Source of the DNA: the human T2T-CHM13v2.0 reference genome, Homo sapiens
Reading direction: 5' to 3' (one strand)
DNA length: 64,000 bases
Assembly: GCF_009914755.1 (NCBI RefSeq)
Contig: NC_060942.1
Below are positions 61,521 through 64,000 of the stretch, in pieces; positions within the stretch are counted from its first letter, which is position 1, and each line of letters starts with the position of its first letter. The translations under genes and the position numbers were made by a program. The notes beneath the pieces were generated by a model. It was not told the origin of the DNA. It ran no database searches and was given only the letters and a program-made list of their open reading frames with translations.

Positions 61521-62007
61521 AAAAGAATGTGTAGAATGACCTTTATCGGGTTTCTCCATCATGACTGGTACAAGCCAAAATTCAGGACTTTTAAAATTAG
61601 TAATTCACTATTTTTATTCGTGTTGTGTTACTCATTTCTTGTCCCTTTTTTTAAAGGCATAGTTTTCTTTTGAAAATTTATTCATTGAGATCCAACATCA
61701 ATTTACTCTTTCCGTTTTCCTCTTTCCTCTTAAATTGGTGCAGCATGTGAAACTCTCTCTTATTGAATCATGGGGAAAATGATTCCAAAAGTTAAAGCTC
61801 AACGAAAATGAATAAAGGGAATTGACTAGTATAAAATTTGTTTTTATCTGTGGTTAAAAGTCTCATGTGTGACTTGTGATTTTGAGAGTGAGTAGGTTGT
61901 GTGTATGTGGGATAGGAGGCTTGTGAGAAATCTCTGTACCTTCTGCTCAATTTTCTTGTGAACCTCAAATGCCTCTAAAAATAAAATCTATTAGAAATTA
62001 ATTGATT

Positions 62008-62209
62008 GGGCCAGGCGAGGTGGCTCATGCCTGTATTCCCAGCATTTTGGGAGGCTGAGGCAGGCAGATCACGAGGTCAAGACATCGAGACCATCCTGGC
62101 CAACATGGTGAAACCGCATCTCTACTAAAAATACAAAAAAAATTGCTGGGCATGGTGGCATGCGCCTATAGTCCCAGCTACTCAGGAGGCTGAGGCAGAA
62201 AAAAAAAAA
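62008..62209 (+). mobile_element. 3'-truncated AluSc-like
   Basis: Ends at ...gaggctgaggcag plus an A-run; TSD AGAAATTAATTGATT at 61993-62007 and 62210-62224. Confidence 0.92.
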
Positions 62210-64000
62210 AGAAATTAATTGATTAAAATATTTATTCTCTAGAAGATGTTTTTATTTTTTAAAGTAAGGATTATTAAATAAAAGTAGTTATACGACAAAA
62301 TGCTTAGTGATTTTTTAACTTTATCTAAAATGAAAAGGCATTGGATGTTCTACTCCTGCCCAAGATTTTACAGATTTTTAAAATAAATACATCTTCAGTC
62401 ATTCATCAAGAACTTTTTGAGCAAAGCTATGCACAATGCAAAGCAACTAAGATCTAATATGTGTTCCAAGTGACTGTTTAAAATAAATAACACTCACCCT
62501 CCTTTCTAGGAAACTAAATATTCTCTAAATCACTGTCAGAAACAATTAACTAACTTCCCATTTCCCGTCATTCCCTATTGGTTTCTAAATGCCTTAGAGA
62601 ACACTAAACAAACATTCCTGTTCTCTCTCAAGCAGAAAACATTTCATGAATCTGGGTGGATATATCTTATTAGTCGCCTTGGGAAACAGAGAAAGGCACA
62701 CGTATTAAAAGAAAAAGTTGACTTTGCCAAGGTGGAAACTCTTTTTCCTCCAAAGTTATCTGAAAGACCTTTGAGTTTTATAAGAAATGAAATGAATCAC
62801 TAAAGTCCTATTCCAAAGGTCTGCTGCCTTCTGAAGGCACAAATAAAGCTGAATTTCTCTCCAACCATAAGGAAAGAAAAGATATGGTACATACATTTGC
62901 ATTACATGTATTCGCTGACCTATCAGTAAATAATATTTATATTTATATAGTTGTGATGGACAAATATTTCTTCTTCTTAATAAGTAACTGCAGTACTGCT
63001 CTTAGCCTCAATAAGCAAATGAGTTATCCCTAGGGAACAGTTTAGCTGCATTGTATTTGAAAACTTCAACCAATAGATAGTCTTGGGGCCTCATTTCTAC
63101 AAATCAGTACAAAATTGGTGCCCCCACTTTCTTGTCTTTGAAACAAGTAGGTGGTAGAGGAGCAGTTTAAGTGATTTCCACTCTTCCTTTTAGTTCTGAC
63201 ATTGTCTTAACTAGTGGGAAGGCTGGTCAGCTTTATTCATGCTATTTTTCTGCCTCTGTTCTCCCTCAAATGGGAAATCAACTAATAAATGAAACTTGAC
63301 CTAGATAAAATGAGGAGTGCAATGGAGTTCATAGAGTAATCTCTAGGGTATTTTAAAAAAATACAGGCTGTAAGAAACTGGGGTTATGTAAAAATATTGT
63401 GTTACGTCGTTCTTCTGAGGTTAATGAGTGAATTGGGTTTCTAGAAGTGTTCATGACTCAGTCTTTGCTTAGAGTTATTGGCTTGCTATATTTCTATCAA
63501 TCACATATTGTAGTTTTTATATAGAAGAAAATTCCTCATTTCCATTTTTATAATATTTTCCCAGTTATTCTGTAGCAATTATTTATATGTATTGACATTA
63601 ATTATTATAAAGTACCTTGAGATTTGACTCTGCTGTGTAATGGTATGCTATTTGTATAATGAATTCTGACTATTTCATCATGTAACAACAAGTGCCTTGC
63701 TAGCATGTATTTGATTCTCACTCGATACTCTGAATTGCAGAGCAGGGGCACGTCATGGACAAAAGCAGGTTTCTTTGCTTTCAGAGATCTTGGCAGAGCT
63801 AAATGTCATGCCACTAAGCCAATTTGTTTTGTTTCACATAGGTGTCCTAAAGCCAGTGCCTGAACTGGACAAAAGTGCTCATCTGAAATGAGAGTATTTC
63901 ACTGGCGGACCAGTTGCTATTGTATTTGTTAAAGGGTTTTTGCTGCCTTAAGTGTCAGGCAGTTCCAAAAAGCATTTATTTTGCTCCACTTAAAATATAA

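Overview
Human genomic DNA (a near-consensus AluYa5 is present) from the DCC netrin-1 receptor gene on the + strand. Five internal coding exons are present (8249-8314, 23607-23769, 32343-32569, 41005-41121, 59929-60090; exons 22-26 by the usual numbering, recalled rather than looked up). They splice in frame into the juxtamembrane linker, transmembrane helix, P1 motif and the region around the Asp1290 caspase site. The remaining ~99% is intron, filled with Alu, L1, L2, MIR, MaLR LTRs (including a complete THE1 provirus), a near full-length Tigger1, MER DNA transposons, microsatellites and a 1.3-kb AT-only tract. Almost all ORFs in the supplied track are repeat-derived or chance. I see no evidence for a wholly new multi-gene system. 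The best leads are: competing splice donors at exons 22, 23 and 26; a sense THE1 LTR with intact DUX4 motif, splice donor and AATAAA upstream of exon 26; an old L1 with apparent 5' inversion plus 3' transduction inside a perfect 17-bp target-site duplication; a young AluYa5; and the quasi-palindromic AT tract. Repeat subfamily names are by-eye recall of consensus sequences, and boundaries of old repeats are approximate.
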